A stretch of DNA of 64,000 bases, taken from the NCBI GenBank assembly GCA_963719425.1, contig OY970382.1, positions 7,888 through 71,887 of the forward strand, given 5' to 3'. Below, one piece after another: positions 8,634 to 19,721 of the stretch. The DNA comes from an uncultured bacterium (GTDB lineage: Bacteria > Patescibacteriota > Minisyncoccia > UBA6257 > 2-01-FULL-56-20). The notes beneath the pieces were generated by a model. The model made no database searches. It had not been told where the DNA came from and saw nothing but the letters and a program-made list of their open reading frames with translations. The position numbers and the translations under genes were made by a program. The stretch's first letter is position 1; the number at the start of each line of letters is the position of its first letter.

Positions 8634-9223
8634 AGGGCTTTACCCTCCTTGAACTCCTTATCGTCATTGCAATCTCCGCAATGCTCTCAGCGATCGCCAT
8701 AACCTATACGAGCATCGCGAGAAATCAGGTGGCGCTTTCGGTTGAAACCGCGAAGGCCTCCCAGTTTATTCTTCGCGCAAAAAGTCTTGCTATCGCAACT
8801 TATAACAGTGCCCCCGGCACCTGCGGATACGGGGCATCGTTCAACATCGCGAATAATACCTATTCGCTCTTCGCCTACACCCCAGATCCCTCCAAATACA
8901 ACGGCACCGTTTCGCCCTGTCCAAGCGTAGCGTCTACCACCGCGTTGGGGATTTCTTCCGGCGAGATGGGACAATCTTCACAGAGTTCTTGGAATGTACC
9001 GCTCGCGAACGGCGTTCGCATGGAGTCGGGAGGGAATGGCGACGACCTTGCGCTTGTGCTCTTCTCTCCGCCTGATCCCGCAGTTTTGATCAGCCGCGAC
9101 GGCCAAAACTTTCTTGACCCCGCTGCGACCCAGAACATAACCTCAAAGGTCTATCTTATCACTGCCGACGGTAGCGCATCTGCTACGATTTCTGTGAGTG
9201 CCGCAGGGCAGATCAACTTTTGA
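8630..9223 (+). CDS. Minor pilin (FimT/GspH-like)
   Basis: MKG^FTLLELLIVIAI and a C-terminal ISVSAAGQI. Confidence 0.82.
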   Translation: MKGFTLLELLIVIAISAMLSAIAITYTSIARNQVALSVETAKASQFILRAKSLAIATYNSAPGTCGYGASFNIANNTYSLFAYTPDPSKYNGTVSPCPSVASTTALGISSGEMGQSSQSSWNVPLANGVRMESGGNGDDLALVLFSPPDPAVLISRDGQNFLDPAATQNITSKVYLITADGSASATISVSAAGQINF

Positions 9224-9228
9224 ATCAC

Positions 9229-9765
9229 ATGAAAGCCCGGAACCGCAACGGTCAGTCACTTGTTGAAGCGATGATTGCCCTCAGTGTGCTCGTGACGGGT
9301 TTTTTGGGCATTATGACGCTTCTCTCGCAATCGTTTTTCTTGAGCCGCACCACCTCTGACAGGCTCATCGCAACCTATCTGGCTTCTGAGGGGATTGAGC
9401 TTGCAAAGAACCTCATTGACCACGATGTGTATGCGGGAAACGGCTGGGGAGTGTGTTTCGCCGTCCCCGTAGGCGGAAGCGGGGATTACGAGGTTGATTA
9501 TGCGACATTGACGCAGGGCCAAAATTGTCCTCCCGCCGTCTATAGCGGCAGGTATCTCATATTTGACCAAACAGCCCATCTCTATGGCTATAATTTCGCG
9601 AGCACGAGCACGGATGACCTCGCGGTGACCGATTTCACGCGGGATATTCGGGTAGCCGTGCCGGCGGCCTCACAAGGGAACGAGATCGTGGTTACCTCCA
9701 TCGTCGGGTGGTCCAATGGGCAAAATATCATACTGGAGGACCACTTTTATAATTGGCGTCCATGA
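9229..9765 (+). CDS. Minor pilin (PilV-like)
   Basis: G^QSLVEAMIALSVL and ATYLASEGIE. Confidence 0.78.
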   Translation: MKARNRNGQSLVEAMIALSVLVTGFLGIMTLLSQSFFLSRTTSDRLIATYLASEGIELAKNLIDHDVYAGNGWGVCFAVPVGGSGDYEVDYATLTQGQNCPPAVYSGRYLIFDQTAHLYGYNFASTSTDDLAVTDFTRDIRVAVPAASQGNEIVVTSIVGWSNGQNIILEDHFYNWRP

Positions 9766-10316
9766 AATCATTGCCTATGAAAAAAGGATTCACCCTAATG
9801 GAATTGTTGGTTGCCATCGGCTTATTTTCCGTCGTCGTCGCGATCGCGGTGGGTGGGTTTACGAATGCGCTCCGCACGCAGCGTGAGGTCGCGGCGCTCA
9901 TCGCCGCCCAATCAAACGCGGGTCTCGCCCTGGAGCAGATAGCGCGCGAAGTGAGAACCGGGTATTTTTTCTGCCACGACTCCTCCGGCGCGTCAACGTG
10001 CTCTTGTTCGCTCAACGGGTTTGCGCTGACTTGCTCCAATCTCAGCTTTGAAAATGCGTCGGGCGCGGCGGTGGGGTATTCTCTTGCGAATAATGCCCTT
10101 GCGAGGAGCGAAAACGGCAGTCCGGCGCAGCCCATTACGAGCGATAACGTCGCCGTTAGGTATTTGATCTTCACGCTGTTCGGGAACGCCGAAGGCAGTC
10201 AATGGAATCCGCGCATTACGATCTCAATCGGCGTCGCGCCAAACTCTGCCGATCCGGCGCTGCAAAGCGACGTTCTCAATCTCCAGACGACCGTGAGCGC
10301 CCGCGGAGTGTTATAA
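9762..10316 (+). CDS. Minor pilin (PilW/GspJ-like)
   Basis: KG^FTLMELLVAIGLF, ALEQIAREVR, LQTTVSAR. Confidence 0.82.
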   Translation: MKSLPMKKGFTLMELLVAIGLFSVVVAIAVGGFTNALRTQREVAALIAAQSNAGLALEQIAREVRTGYFFCHDSSGASTCSCSLNGFALTCSNLSFENASGAAVGYSLANNALARSENGSPAQPITSDNVAVRYLIFTLFGNAEGSQWNPRITISIGVAPNSADPALQSDVLNLQTTVSARGVL

Positions 10317-10324
10317 TCACTAGG

Positions 10325-10759
10325 ATGAGAATGAAAACAGGGAGTAAGAGGAGTGGGCAAGCGATGCTCCTCTCGGTCTTGGCGCTCGGAGGGGCGATTT
10401 TAGGCGCGACCACGATCGCGGGTTTTTTAATGCTCTACCAAATTAGAGCGACGACGGACTCGGAGAATTCGGCGAAGGCAATCTTTGCGGCGGATTCGGG
10501 CATCGAATGGGCGCTTTTCAGTTTTTATTGCGGGCAAACCGCGCGGTGCACGGTTCCTCCCCCGCTTCCTGGGAATCCGCCGGGCACCTTGGGGGATGGT
10601 GCAGTGGTTGACGTAACCTGCTACGACAGTTCCGGCGTTGCCACGACGACCTGTTATGCCACGACGACCGCAGCCTCGGCCATCGCGATGGGTACCTCAT
10701 TTGATGCGACGCGCGCCTTTTTCCTGGGCCTTGGAAACGCTACCGCGACAGCGCCGTAG
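10325..10759 (+). CDS. Minor pilin (PilX-like)
   Basis: G^QAMLLSVL lacks E5, as PilX does. Also SAKAIFAADSGIEWAL. Confidence 0.72.
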   Translation: MRMKTGSKRSGQAMLLSVLALGGAILGATTIAGFLMLYQIRATTDSENSAKAIFAADSGIEWALFSFYCGQTARCTVPPPLPGNPPGTLGDGAVVDVTCYDSSGVATTTCYATTTAASAIAMGTSFDATRAFFLGLGNATATAP

Positions 10760-12892
<2,133 letters not shown>

Positions 12893-12896
12893 TGTT

Positions 12897-12972
12897 GCGG
12901 GCGTAGAGGAGCCTGGTCGTCCTCGGATCCCTGTCACGGATCAAATCGTGGGTTCAAATCCCATCGCCCGCG
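12897..12972 (+). tRNA. tRNA-Asp(GTC)
   Basis: Acceptor stem gcgggcg/cgcccgc, anticodon arm gatcc-ctGTCac-ggatc, T-loop ttcaaat, G73. CCA is not encoded. Confidence 0.92.
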
Positions 12973-13038
12973 CACCGATTTTTAACCTTGCAAATCAAAC
13001 TAATTTTTGTACAGGCGAACAGACGTTGAAGCGGGGTT

Positions 13039-13060
13039 GTTCGAATCCTAGCCTGTGCAC
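13039..13060 (+). repeat. tRNA-3'-end-like site (type A) downstream of tRNA-Asp
   Basis: gttcgaatcctagcctgtgcac, which can pair with upstream tgtacaggcgaaca. Confidence 0.55.
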
Positions 13061-13106
13061 AACACAGCCGTTCAGTTAATGGCTACTTTCAGCAGGTCAG
13101 AATATA

Positions 13107-13730
13107 ATGTCCGGTAAAGGTGCACTCATGCAAGACAATAACGCACTCCCTAAACCAGCAATCTTCATATTTGATATCTTTGGTGTACTTTCCGATTCTT
13201 TTAACAACAAGTGGAGAAAAGAAAATCTAAGGGAGAGGCCGGATTTGCAATTGGTTTTTGATGATTTATCTCGCGATATTGATCTTGGCAGGAAATCCCA
13301 GATCGATTTTTATCGTAAAGCGGCAGAAATTTCTGGGAAAAGCCCGGAACAAATCAAGAGTGAAATGGAAGGTGGATTCTTAGTAAACGAACGACTGTTC
13401 GATCTTATAAAAAGACTGAGAAAAAACTACAAGAGTGCGATACTTTCGAATTCTGAAGCTGTATTTGTACGGCAACTCTTTGCAAGTAGCGGTTTCCCCC
13501 TCGAACAGTATTTTGATTTCACCTTCATCTCTTCTGAAATTGGCCTTCTGAAGCCGGCTCCAGAAGCATTCGAATATTGCTTGAAGAAGATAAAGATGAA
13601 ACCCGAAAAATGTCTTTTCGTTGACGATTCCGAGCTTAATCTCTCCGGCGCATCTGAGGCGGGAATGCTTACCTATCACTTTATGACCCAGCAATTATTT
13701 GAGGACTGGGTGACCAAAAGAGGGTTTTAA
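13107..13730 (+). CDS. HAD-superfamily hydrolase (YihX-like)
   Basis: IFDIFGVL (second Asp of DxD is absent), ILSNS, S.EIG..KP, LFVDDS..N. AT-richer than flanks. The start may be 13128. Confidence 0.85.
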   Translation: MSGKGALMQDNNALPKPAIFIFDIFGVLSDSFNNKWRKENLRERPDLQLVFDDLSRDIDLGRKSQIDFYRKAAEISGKSPEQIKSEMEGGFLVNERLFDLIKRLRKNYKSAILSNSEAVFVRQLFASSGFPLEQYFDFTFISSEIGLLKPAPEAFEYCLKKIKMKPEKCLFVDDSELNLSGASEAGMLTYHFMTQQLFEDWVTKRGF

Positions 13731-13761
13731 AATCGTTCGAAGATCGTCCAGGCCCGTGCAC
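13729..13761 (+). repeat. 33-bp dispersed repeat, copy 5
   Basis: aaaatcgttcgaagatcgtccaggcccgtgcac, overlapping the HAD gene stop codon. Confidence 0.9.
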
Positions 13762-13852
13762 AATGTATGGCATTGTGACGACGCAGCAAGGTTTAGCGAC
13801 CCTGTGGATTGCGCATCTCCTTGTACGCATTTCGATGTTGTATAATGAAAGC

Positions 13853-14821
13853 ATGGTTCAGGACCAGCTTGTTGAGTATATTTCGTCACAGATGAAGCTT
13901 GGGGTTTCACGCGAGACGATCAAGGCAACGCTCACTAGTGCCGGATGGGCAGTAGCGGATGTGGAGGATACCCTTAAAAAGGTAGAGGGCGGCGCGGCCA
14001 AGCCCGCCGTGATTGCGAGTACGACACCTGGGACCGCAACGCCATCAAGCGTGATGCCAATGGGTACTTCGCCAAAGCCGGCATCCACCCCGACCAGCTT
14101 TTCCCCGTCTGTGGCGGGCGGTGGTGCGGCGAAGGGTGCGGAGCCGCAGACCATACGGGTGAGCGATTTGGTTTCCGCGAGCGTCGTCGCAGGCCCCTTT
14201 GCGGATCCAACCAAAAGCGCTGTTAAGAAAAATTCTCCGATTGATCCCACGCGCATTGGAGGAGTGCCCCGAAGCGGCCGCGTTATGATGATCGTCGGGA
14301 TAATCATCATCGTTGTCCTCGGCGCTCTCGCGGGATATCTTTACTTCCAGAACAACGGTCTTGCGGCTCAAGTTGCATCGCTTGGCGCTCAAAGTGCCGA
14401 TGTAGCATCGCGCGTTTCTTCTTTAAATGCCCAGGTCCAAGCGTTTGACGCCTCAAATACCGCGCTTACGGCACAGGTGGCGTCGCTCACGGGAGAGAAC
14501 GCCGACCTTCTCACCAATCTTTCGTTCGCTGCGCTGCCGCCGCTTTCTTCCAGCACACCCGCGAGCGAGACCGTTTCAATAAGCGGCACGCTCACGGGAG
14601 GAAAATCGTCGTACGCCCTTACGACGCAGTACGGCGTTGTCGTCTATGTGAAAAACGCGATGGATGCCAATGTTGCCGCGGCGCTGAAGCCGCTCCTTGC
14701 AAGTACGAGCACCGTGTCACTCGTGGGAACCCATGTGCCTGGTTCGCAATATATAACAGTGACTGCTGTCAATGGTTCCGCCACGAAGAGCACTGCCACA
14801 AGCAGTTCCACCACCCCTTAG
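13853..14821 (+). CDS. Hypothetical membrane protein
   Basis: N-terminal domain QLVEYI..Q...G.SRE.IK..L...GW, Pro/Ser-rich linker, one TM helix and a coiled coil. Confidence 0.75.
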   Translation: MVQDQLVEYISSQMKLGVSRETIKATLTSAGWAVADVEDTLKKVEGGAAKPAVIASTTPGTATPSSVMPMGTSPKPASTPTSFSPSVAGGGAAKGAEPQTIRVSDLVSASVVAGPFADPTKSAVKKNSPIDPTRIGGVPRSGRVMMIVGIIIIVVLGALAGYLYFQNNGLAAQVASLGAQSADVASRVSSLNAQVQAFDASNTALTAQVASLTGENADLLTNLSFAALPPLSSSTPASETVSISGTLTGGKSSYALTTQYGVVVYVKNAMDANVAAALKPLLASTSTVSLVGTHVPGSQYITVTAVNGSATKSTATSSSTTP

Positions 14822-14823
14822 CG

Positions 14824-16263
14824 TTATTTTTCATAAAGCTGGCCGAGGCCAAGGATGTCTTCCTCGCGCCATTTTTTTCCAATAAGCTGGAAGCCGATCG
14901 GCAGTTCCTTCGGTGCGAGCGCCGAGACCGGCGTTGTGGGGATAGAGATTGCGGGAAGGCCGGCGAGTTTGACTTGGATCATGAAAATATCGGAGAGATA
15001 CATCGTGAGGGGATCGTCAACTTTTTCGCCGATTTTGAACGCTGGCGTTGGAGCAACCGGCGTAAGGATGACGTCCACTTTTCTGAACGCTTCATCAAAA
15101 TCCTGCTTGATGAGTGTCCGCACTCTTTGGGCTTTCTCGTAGTAGGCGTCGTAATATCCCGAGGAGAGCACGAAAGTTCCGAGAATGATCCGTCGTTTGG
15201 CTTCGGGCCCGAAGCCAGCACTCTTCTCACGGAAATAAAGTTCGCTCAAGGACTCTTCCTTTCCTTTCCCACTGGCGTCTTTTACGCTCCGTGCATAGCG
15301 GATGCCGTCAAACCGCGCGAGATTGGAGCTTACTTCCGCAGGCACGATGATATAATAGCAGGAAAGACCGTACTTCGTATGTGGCAAGGAAATTTTTTTA
15401 AATCGGAGACCCAAGTTTTTTAGTTTTTGTATTGCGGACTCCACGGCACGGCTCACTTCCCACGAGATACCATCAATAAAATACTCATCTGGTAGCCCGA
15501 TGGTAAGCGATTTCGTCGTCTCGCCGTAGTCGGCGGGGACGCTCGTGGCGTCAAGTGGGTCTTGTCCTGCGATCGCCTTGAAGAGGATTGTGGCGTCTTC
15601 TACGGTCTTTGTGAGCGGTCCGATTTGGTCCAAACTGGAGGTCATTGCCATAAGCCCGGAGCGGGAGACGGCGCCATAGGTAGGATTCAGGCCCACGACG
15701 CCGCAGAAGCTCGCGGGTAATCGGATAGAGCCCCCGGTGTCGGAGCCGAGCGCGGCTACGGTAAGATCTGCCGCGACCGCTGCGGCAGAACCGCCCGAGG
15801 AGCCGCCCGGGACGCGGTCAAGATCGCGTGGGTTGTGCGTGAGCTGAAATGCGGAATTTTCCGTGGATGATCCCATGGCAAACTCGTCCAGGTTCGTTTT
15901 CCCAAGGAAGACTGCCCTCTCCTTTTTTAATTTTTGAATGACGCCCGCGTCGTAAGAGGCTACGTAATTTTCAAGGATCTTTGACGCCGCGGTCGCCGGT
16001 TGGCCCTTGATCAAAATGACGTCTTTAATTGCGAGAGGAACGCCCGCAAGTGTCCCAATCTCCTCATTTCTTGCGAGCGCGATATCCACCTCTTCCGCCT
16101 GCCGTAGCGCCGATTCCTCCGCTAAGCTCAGATACGCGCCGATCTTTTTGTCCTGCGCCTTGATCTGCTCGAGATACGCTTGCGTGATCTCAAGCGCGGA
16201 GAATTTCTTGGCGAGCAATCCTTCGTGGAATTTTTTTATGGTGAGATTGCGGAGGAGCTCCAT
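14824..16263 (-). CDS. gatA: Asp/Glu-tRNA amidotransferase subunit A
   Basis: GKTNLDEFAMGSSTENS, PGGSSGGSAA, GSDTGGSIR, SSNLARFDG. Confidence 0.96.
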   Translation of the reverse strand: MELLRNLTIKKFHEGLLAKKFSALEITQAYLEQIKAQDKKIGAYLSLAEESALRQAEEVDIALARNEEIGTLAGVPLAIKDVILIKGQPATAASKILENYVASYDAGVIQKLKKERAVFLGKTNLDEFAMGSSTENSAFQLTHNPRDLDRVPGGSSGGSAAAVAADLTVAALGSDTGGSIRLPASFCGVVGLNPTYGAVSRSGLMAMTSSLDQIGPLTKTVEDATILFKAIAGQDPLDATSVPADYGETTKSLTIGLPDEYFIDGISWEVSRAVESAIQKLKNLGLRFKKISLPHTKYGLSCYYIIVPAEVSSNLARFDGIRYARSVKDASGKGKEESLSELYFREKSAGFGPEAKRRIILGTFVLSSGYYDAYYEKAQRVRTLIKQDFDEAFRKVDVILTPVAPTPAFKIGEKVDDPLTMYLSDIFMIQVKLAGLPAISIPTTPVSALAPKELPIGFQLIGKKWREEDILGLGQLYEK

Positions 16264-16279
16264 GGCGCAATTTGCTGTA

Positions 16280-16573
16280 TTATTCAAACACTGGCGGCAC
16301 TTTGAGGTAGCCGCCTTTTTTCTCGGGGAACGCTTCTGTGCCCGCACCGCGGTTCGTGTTCTCGCGCTCCGTGTCGTCGCGGAACACGTTGCGCAGATCT
16401 GTCCCGCCAGTCATCGGCGGAACGTTGGACGTGTCAAGCTCCTGCAGTTCTTTGAAATAATCCAGGATGCTGCCCAGATCTTTCAAAAGTTTTTCCTCTT
16501 CCTTCGGATCAAGCGATAGGCGCGCGAGCTTTGCCAAGTGCTCCAGTTCACGCTTGGTAATTGCGGATGCCAT
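16280..16573 (-). CDS. gatC: Asp/Glu-tRNA amidotransferase subunit C
   Basis: HLAKLARL, ILDYF..LQELDT, YLKVP; upstream of gatA. Confidence 0.92.
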   Translation of the reverse strand: MASAITKRELEHLAKLARLSLDPKEEEKLLKDLGSILDYFKELQELDTSNVPPMTGGTDLRNVFRDDTERENTNRGAGTEAFPEKKGGYLKVPPVFE

Positions 16574-16600
16574 GCTTTGCATTCTAGCCCGAACGCAGGA

Positions 16601-17926
16601 TTATTTCAATTTTCGGACAAGCGTTTTGAATTGTTCGCCGCGGTCGGCGTAGTTCTTAAACTGATCAAAGCTCGCCGCGCCGGGAGAGAACAGCACGACC
16701 GGCCGCTTTGATGCGGTCAGCGCTTTTTTTGCGGTTGCTTCGGCGGCCCGGTAGGCGGCCTGCGCGGCAGCGCGAAGATCCGGGACAAGTTCAATAGCGC
16801 GATAATCTGGCGCGCGCCGGACCGGCGCCTCGCGCGTCGCCTTGATTGCGCGCCATATCTTTCTTCGGTTTTGTCCAAAAAGCACCACGCGAACCACGCG
16901 TGTTTTCTTGAGCGCACGCGCAAGCGGCGCATAGTCCAGATTTTTGTCCCTCCCGCCCGCAATGAGAACTATGGGATGATCGGGGAATGCTCGCACGGCG
17001 GCGGCGGTCGTCTGCGGGTTCGTTGAGGCGGAATCGTTATAGAACGCGATGCCATTGACCTTCCGCACGAATTCAAGGCGGTGCTCGTTGCCCGGGAACG
17101 ATTTTACAACGCGTGTGATCGCGCGGTTCGGGACGCCGAGGGCGTGTGCGACGGCCACTGCCATTACGGCGTTTTTGAAATTATGGTATCCGGGCATCGC
17201 AAGGTCTTCCGGTGCGAAAAGGCCGAAGCGCTTTTCGTCCACGGCGGTCTTTTTGCCGCGCCCATGGCGCGCCGTCCACGCGCTCCTACGGTTGTTCTTG
17301 AAGAAGAAAATTTTGTCGCGCGGCGACTGGAATCGTGCAATGTTCGTCTTTACCCCGTAATATTCCTTGAGATTTTTGTGCGCATCCTGGTGATCAGGGA
17401 ACGTATCAAGAACGACGGCGATCGGCGGGGAAGTTTTGAGGTCCTGGAGTTGGAAACTGGAAAGCTCGAGGATGACAAGCGAGTTTTTTTTAAGCTTCGG
17501 CAGGATCTCAAGCGCCGGCGTGCCCACGTTACCTGCAAGATAGACGTCGCGATGAGCGGCCTTCAATACCTTATAGAGGAGCGTCGCTGTTGTGCCTTTG
17601 CCTTTGGTCCCCGTGATGCCGATGATCTTCGCCGGGCAGTATTCAAAAAAGAGGGCCATCAAGCTGGAAAATGGCACGCCCCTTCGCCGCGCGCGCACGA
17701 GCGCGGGGAGCATATAGGGAACGCCCGGGGAGCGCAGCATAAGGTCAAAATCCTCAAGGCGTGCGAGATAATTTCTGCCGAGCCGCGCGCGAACCCCCTT
17801 CGGAACCTTTATGGCTTCGTTTTTGTCTAAGATCCAAATTTCCGCGCCACGGAACCCGCGCCTAGCTTTTATAAACTTCAAGAGCGATTGCCCCTCGCGA
17901 CCAAAACCAAGAAGCCCAACCTTCAT
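16601..17926 (-). CDS. murD: UDP-N-acetylmuramoyl-L-alanine:D-glutamate ligase
   Basis: RSPGV, ITGTKGKGTT, GNVG, ELSSFQL, EHRLE, NDSASTN, GGRDK, SPGAASFDQFKNY..RG. Confidence 0.93.
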   Translation of the reverse strand: MKVGLLGFGREGQSLLKFIKARRGFRGAEIWILDKNEAIKVPKGVRARLGRNYLARLEDFDLMLRSPGVPYMLPALVRARRRGVPFSSLMALFFEYCPAKIIGITGTKGKGTTATLLYKVLKAAHRDVYLAGNVGTPALEILPKLKKNSLVILELSSFQLQDLKTSPPIAVVLDTFPDHQDAHKNLKEYYGVKTNIARFQSPRDKIFFFKNNRRSAWTARHGRGKKTAVDEKRFGLFAPEDLAMPGYHNFKNAVMAVAVAHALGVPNRAITRVVKSFPGNEHRLEFVRKVNGIAFYNDSASTNPQTTAAAVRAFPDHPIVLIAGGRDKNLDYAPLARALKKTRVVRVVLFGQNRRKIWRAIKATREAPVRRAPDYRAIELVPDLRAAAQAAYRAAEATAKKALTASKRPVVLFSPGAASFDQFKNYADRGEQFKTLVRKLK

Positions 17927-18012
17927 TATTGTTATCATCACACCCTTCGTCTTTTTTGACAATGTATTAAAAAGTTATTTAGAATTGGTTGACGGGCGTT
18001 TTGTGTCAATCG

Positions 18013-18086
18013 CGCGGGAGGGTTGGGAATGGTTTTCCGGGGAGCCCCATAAGCTCCCGAAGCCGGTCCGATTCCGGCCCCCGCAA
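18013..18086 (+). tRNA. tRNA-Met(CAT), initiator-like but deviant
   Basis: cgcggg/cccgca with a C1:A72 mismatch, anticodon arm ggagc-ccCATaa-gctcc, T-arm gccgg-tccgatt-ccggc. Confidence 0.6.
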
Positions 18087-18094
18087 CAAGCTTC

Positions 18095-18224
18095 GATCTT
18101 CCTCCCGAAAGGGACGGCGTCGCTCGCTCCGGCGGGCGAGCGCGCCTCGCTCTCGCCACGGCAGGCGACCTAGAGGTCGCCTCAAGCCGCCGTGGCTCCG
18201 AGGCGCCCTTTCGGAAGGAAGATC
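18095..18224. repeat. GC-rich branched palindromic element between two CAT tRNAs
   Basis: Nested arms gatcttcct/aggaagatc, ccgaaaggg/ccctttcgg, gcgcctcg/cgaggcgc, gccacggc/gccgtggc and aggcgacc/ggtcgcct. Confidence 0.8.
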
Positions 18225-18279
18225 TCCGCTATGTTGTTCGCTTTACGGGGAAGCGGGAAAATAATATAGTAGTGCTTGA

Positions 18280-18351
18280 GCCGGCGTAGCTCAGTGGCAG
18301 AGCAGGGCTTTCATAAGGCCAAGGTCACAGGTTCGAATCCTGTCGCCGGCA
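18280..18351 (+). tRNA. tRNA with CAT anticodon (elongator Met or Ile2)
   Basis: gccggcg/cgccggc, D-arm gctc..gagc, loop ttCATaa, ggttcgaatcc. Confidence 0.88.
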
Positions 18352-18366
18352 CCCAATCCGTGCCCC

Positions 18367-18395
18367 TTGACACGGTTTTGATTGTTTGGTATACT
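18367..18395 (+). promoter_or_regulatory. Sigma70-type promoter
   Basis: TTGACA-17-TATACT with TG extension, upstream of 18441. Confidence 0.6.
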
Positions 18396-18440
18396 TTAAG
18401 CATAAATGTCAGCGTTGTATGATAATAAGAAATAAGAAGT

Positions 18441-19253
18441 ATGAAACCAGAACAAATCCCGGGTCCCCGGGAGAAAACACCAGCCGTTCAGGGCGGAGAG
18501 AAAAGACCTGACCAGGAGCAGGTCATTGATGTCGGAGAACTGATGAAACAACCCGAGTATGCAAGGGCGGTAGCGGCTAGGAAACAGGAACAAAATTATA
18601 TCCCTCTGCGGGGCACCATGGAGATGTTGGGAGTGAACCCGGAGGATGCGCTAAAGAAGAATCAAGTTGAAGGACCCACATACCGTGAAATTGCCGGGCA
18701 GTACCTTGCGGCGGCTGCGGAAAGGGTTAGCAGTCTTAAGGGCAGGATTGGAGGTTTTATTAATAACGCGGGGCATAAGTTAGTGTCCTTCGGTTTGGAG
18801 ATGCAGGGGGGAACGTTGGGGGAAAGGCGTGAAAATCAGACCGGTAAAGAAACCGGAGAAAAACCGTCCACCAATGTCCGATTCTTCAGCAAAGCACAAA
18901 TTGATGTTGCGCTGGGGAGGACTAATCCTCAGCGCCCGGAGGTAGCAGCGGCTGGACAGCAGGGAGAACGGATGGGGGGACCAGCGGAGAAGGTGAGAGG
19001 AAGGTATGGCGAAGTAGTGGATGCCGGCATGGCCCAGTACGCTGCCCTTATGCAACGGGCGGACGGTGCGCAAACCGCGCTCCAAACGGCAGCTGAGTTA
19101 GCACGCCGAGGGCAAGAGCGAAAAGCGCGCGAAATGGGGAAGGCCGAGGCCCATAGAGAATATGGCAAACGACTGCTTGATATGATGATGGCTCGGGCTC
19201 GCCTTGCCGAGGTCAAGCTTCGGCTGCGGCAGCTGGAAGGAGCAGCTGCTTAA
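18441..19253 (+). CDS. Hypothetical protein
   Basis: 270-aa ORF with a charged helical C-terminus and an upstream promoter. Confidence 0.65.
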   Translation: MKPEQIPGPREKTPAVQGGEKRPDQEQVIDVGELMKQPEYARAVAARKQEQNYIPLRGTMEMLGVNPEDALKKNQVEGPTYREIAGQYLAAAAERVSSLKGRIGGFINNAGHKLVSFGLEMQGGTLGERRENQTGKETGEKPSTNVRFFSKAQIDVALGRTNPQRPEVAAAGQQGERMGGPAEKVRGRYGEVVDAGMAQYAALMQRADGAQTALQTAAELARRGQERKAREMGKAEAHREYGKRLLDMMMARARLAEVKLRLRQLEGAAA

Positions 19254-19271
19254 TTCTTAAATCTGCGCAAC

Positions 19272-19622
19272 ATGAGTAAAGAAGAAATGGAAAATCTTAT
19301 CGGGGGAATGCCACTTGACGATGGCGAGAAAGCGGCCCTGGTGAGCGACCTCAATAGCGGTATGCCCGCGCAGAAGATTATTGAGAAAATCGAATTGCTC
19401 CTTGCGGCAAAAGAAAAGGCATTGGACGATGCGGATCCCGAAGCCGCCGCGGCGCACGTTGCGATTAAACGTGAGTACCAAGAAGAGATTCAGAAAGCGG
19501 CAGCGGAGTTTGATGGGAAAATGAAGCAGATCTGGCAGGAGGCCGATGCCGTTGCAAAAGACGTTTCCCGGCAGCTGGACGGTGTCCGCGCCGACGAGAT
19601 CAAAGAGGGAATTCAGGGGTAG
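19272..19622 (+). CDS. Hypothetical helical protein
   Basis: 116-aa acidic helical ORF that follows 18441..19253 closely. Confidence 0.65.
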   Translation: MSKEEMENLIGGMPLDDGEKAALVSDLNSGMPAQKIIEKIELLLAAKEKALDDADPEAAAAHVAIKREYQEEIQKAAAEFDGKMKQIWQEADAVAKDVSRQLDGVRADEIKEGIQG

Positions 19623-19721
19623 CCCGCTAGTTCTTTTTTCGTTCTCGCCATCTTGTTTCCGAGGTGGAATTTTGTTGCTGTTCGTCGTCACCCCTGTTAA
19701 ACTTAATGAAATAGTTGCCTT

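Noticed and set aside
13008-13062. Complete tRNA gene
   Set aside because: Only a T-loop-like and acceptor-like portion is present, with no D or anticodon arm. It is kept as a site-like fragment.
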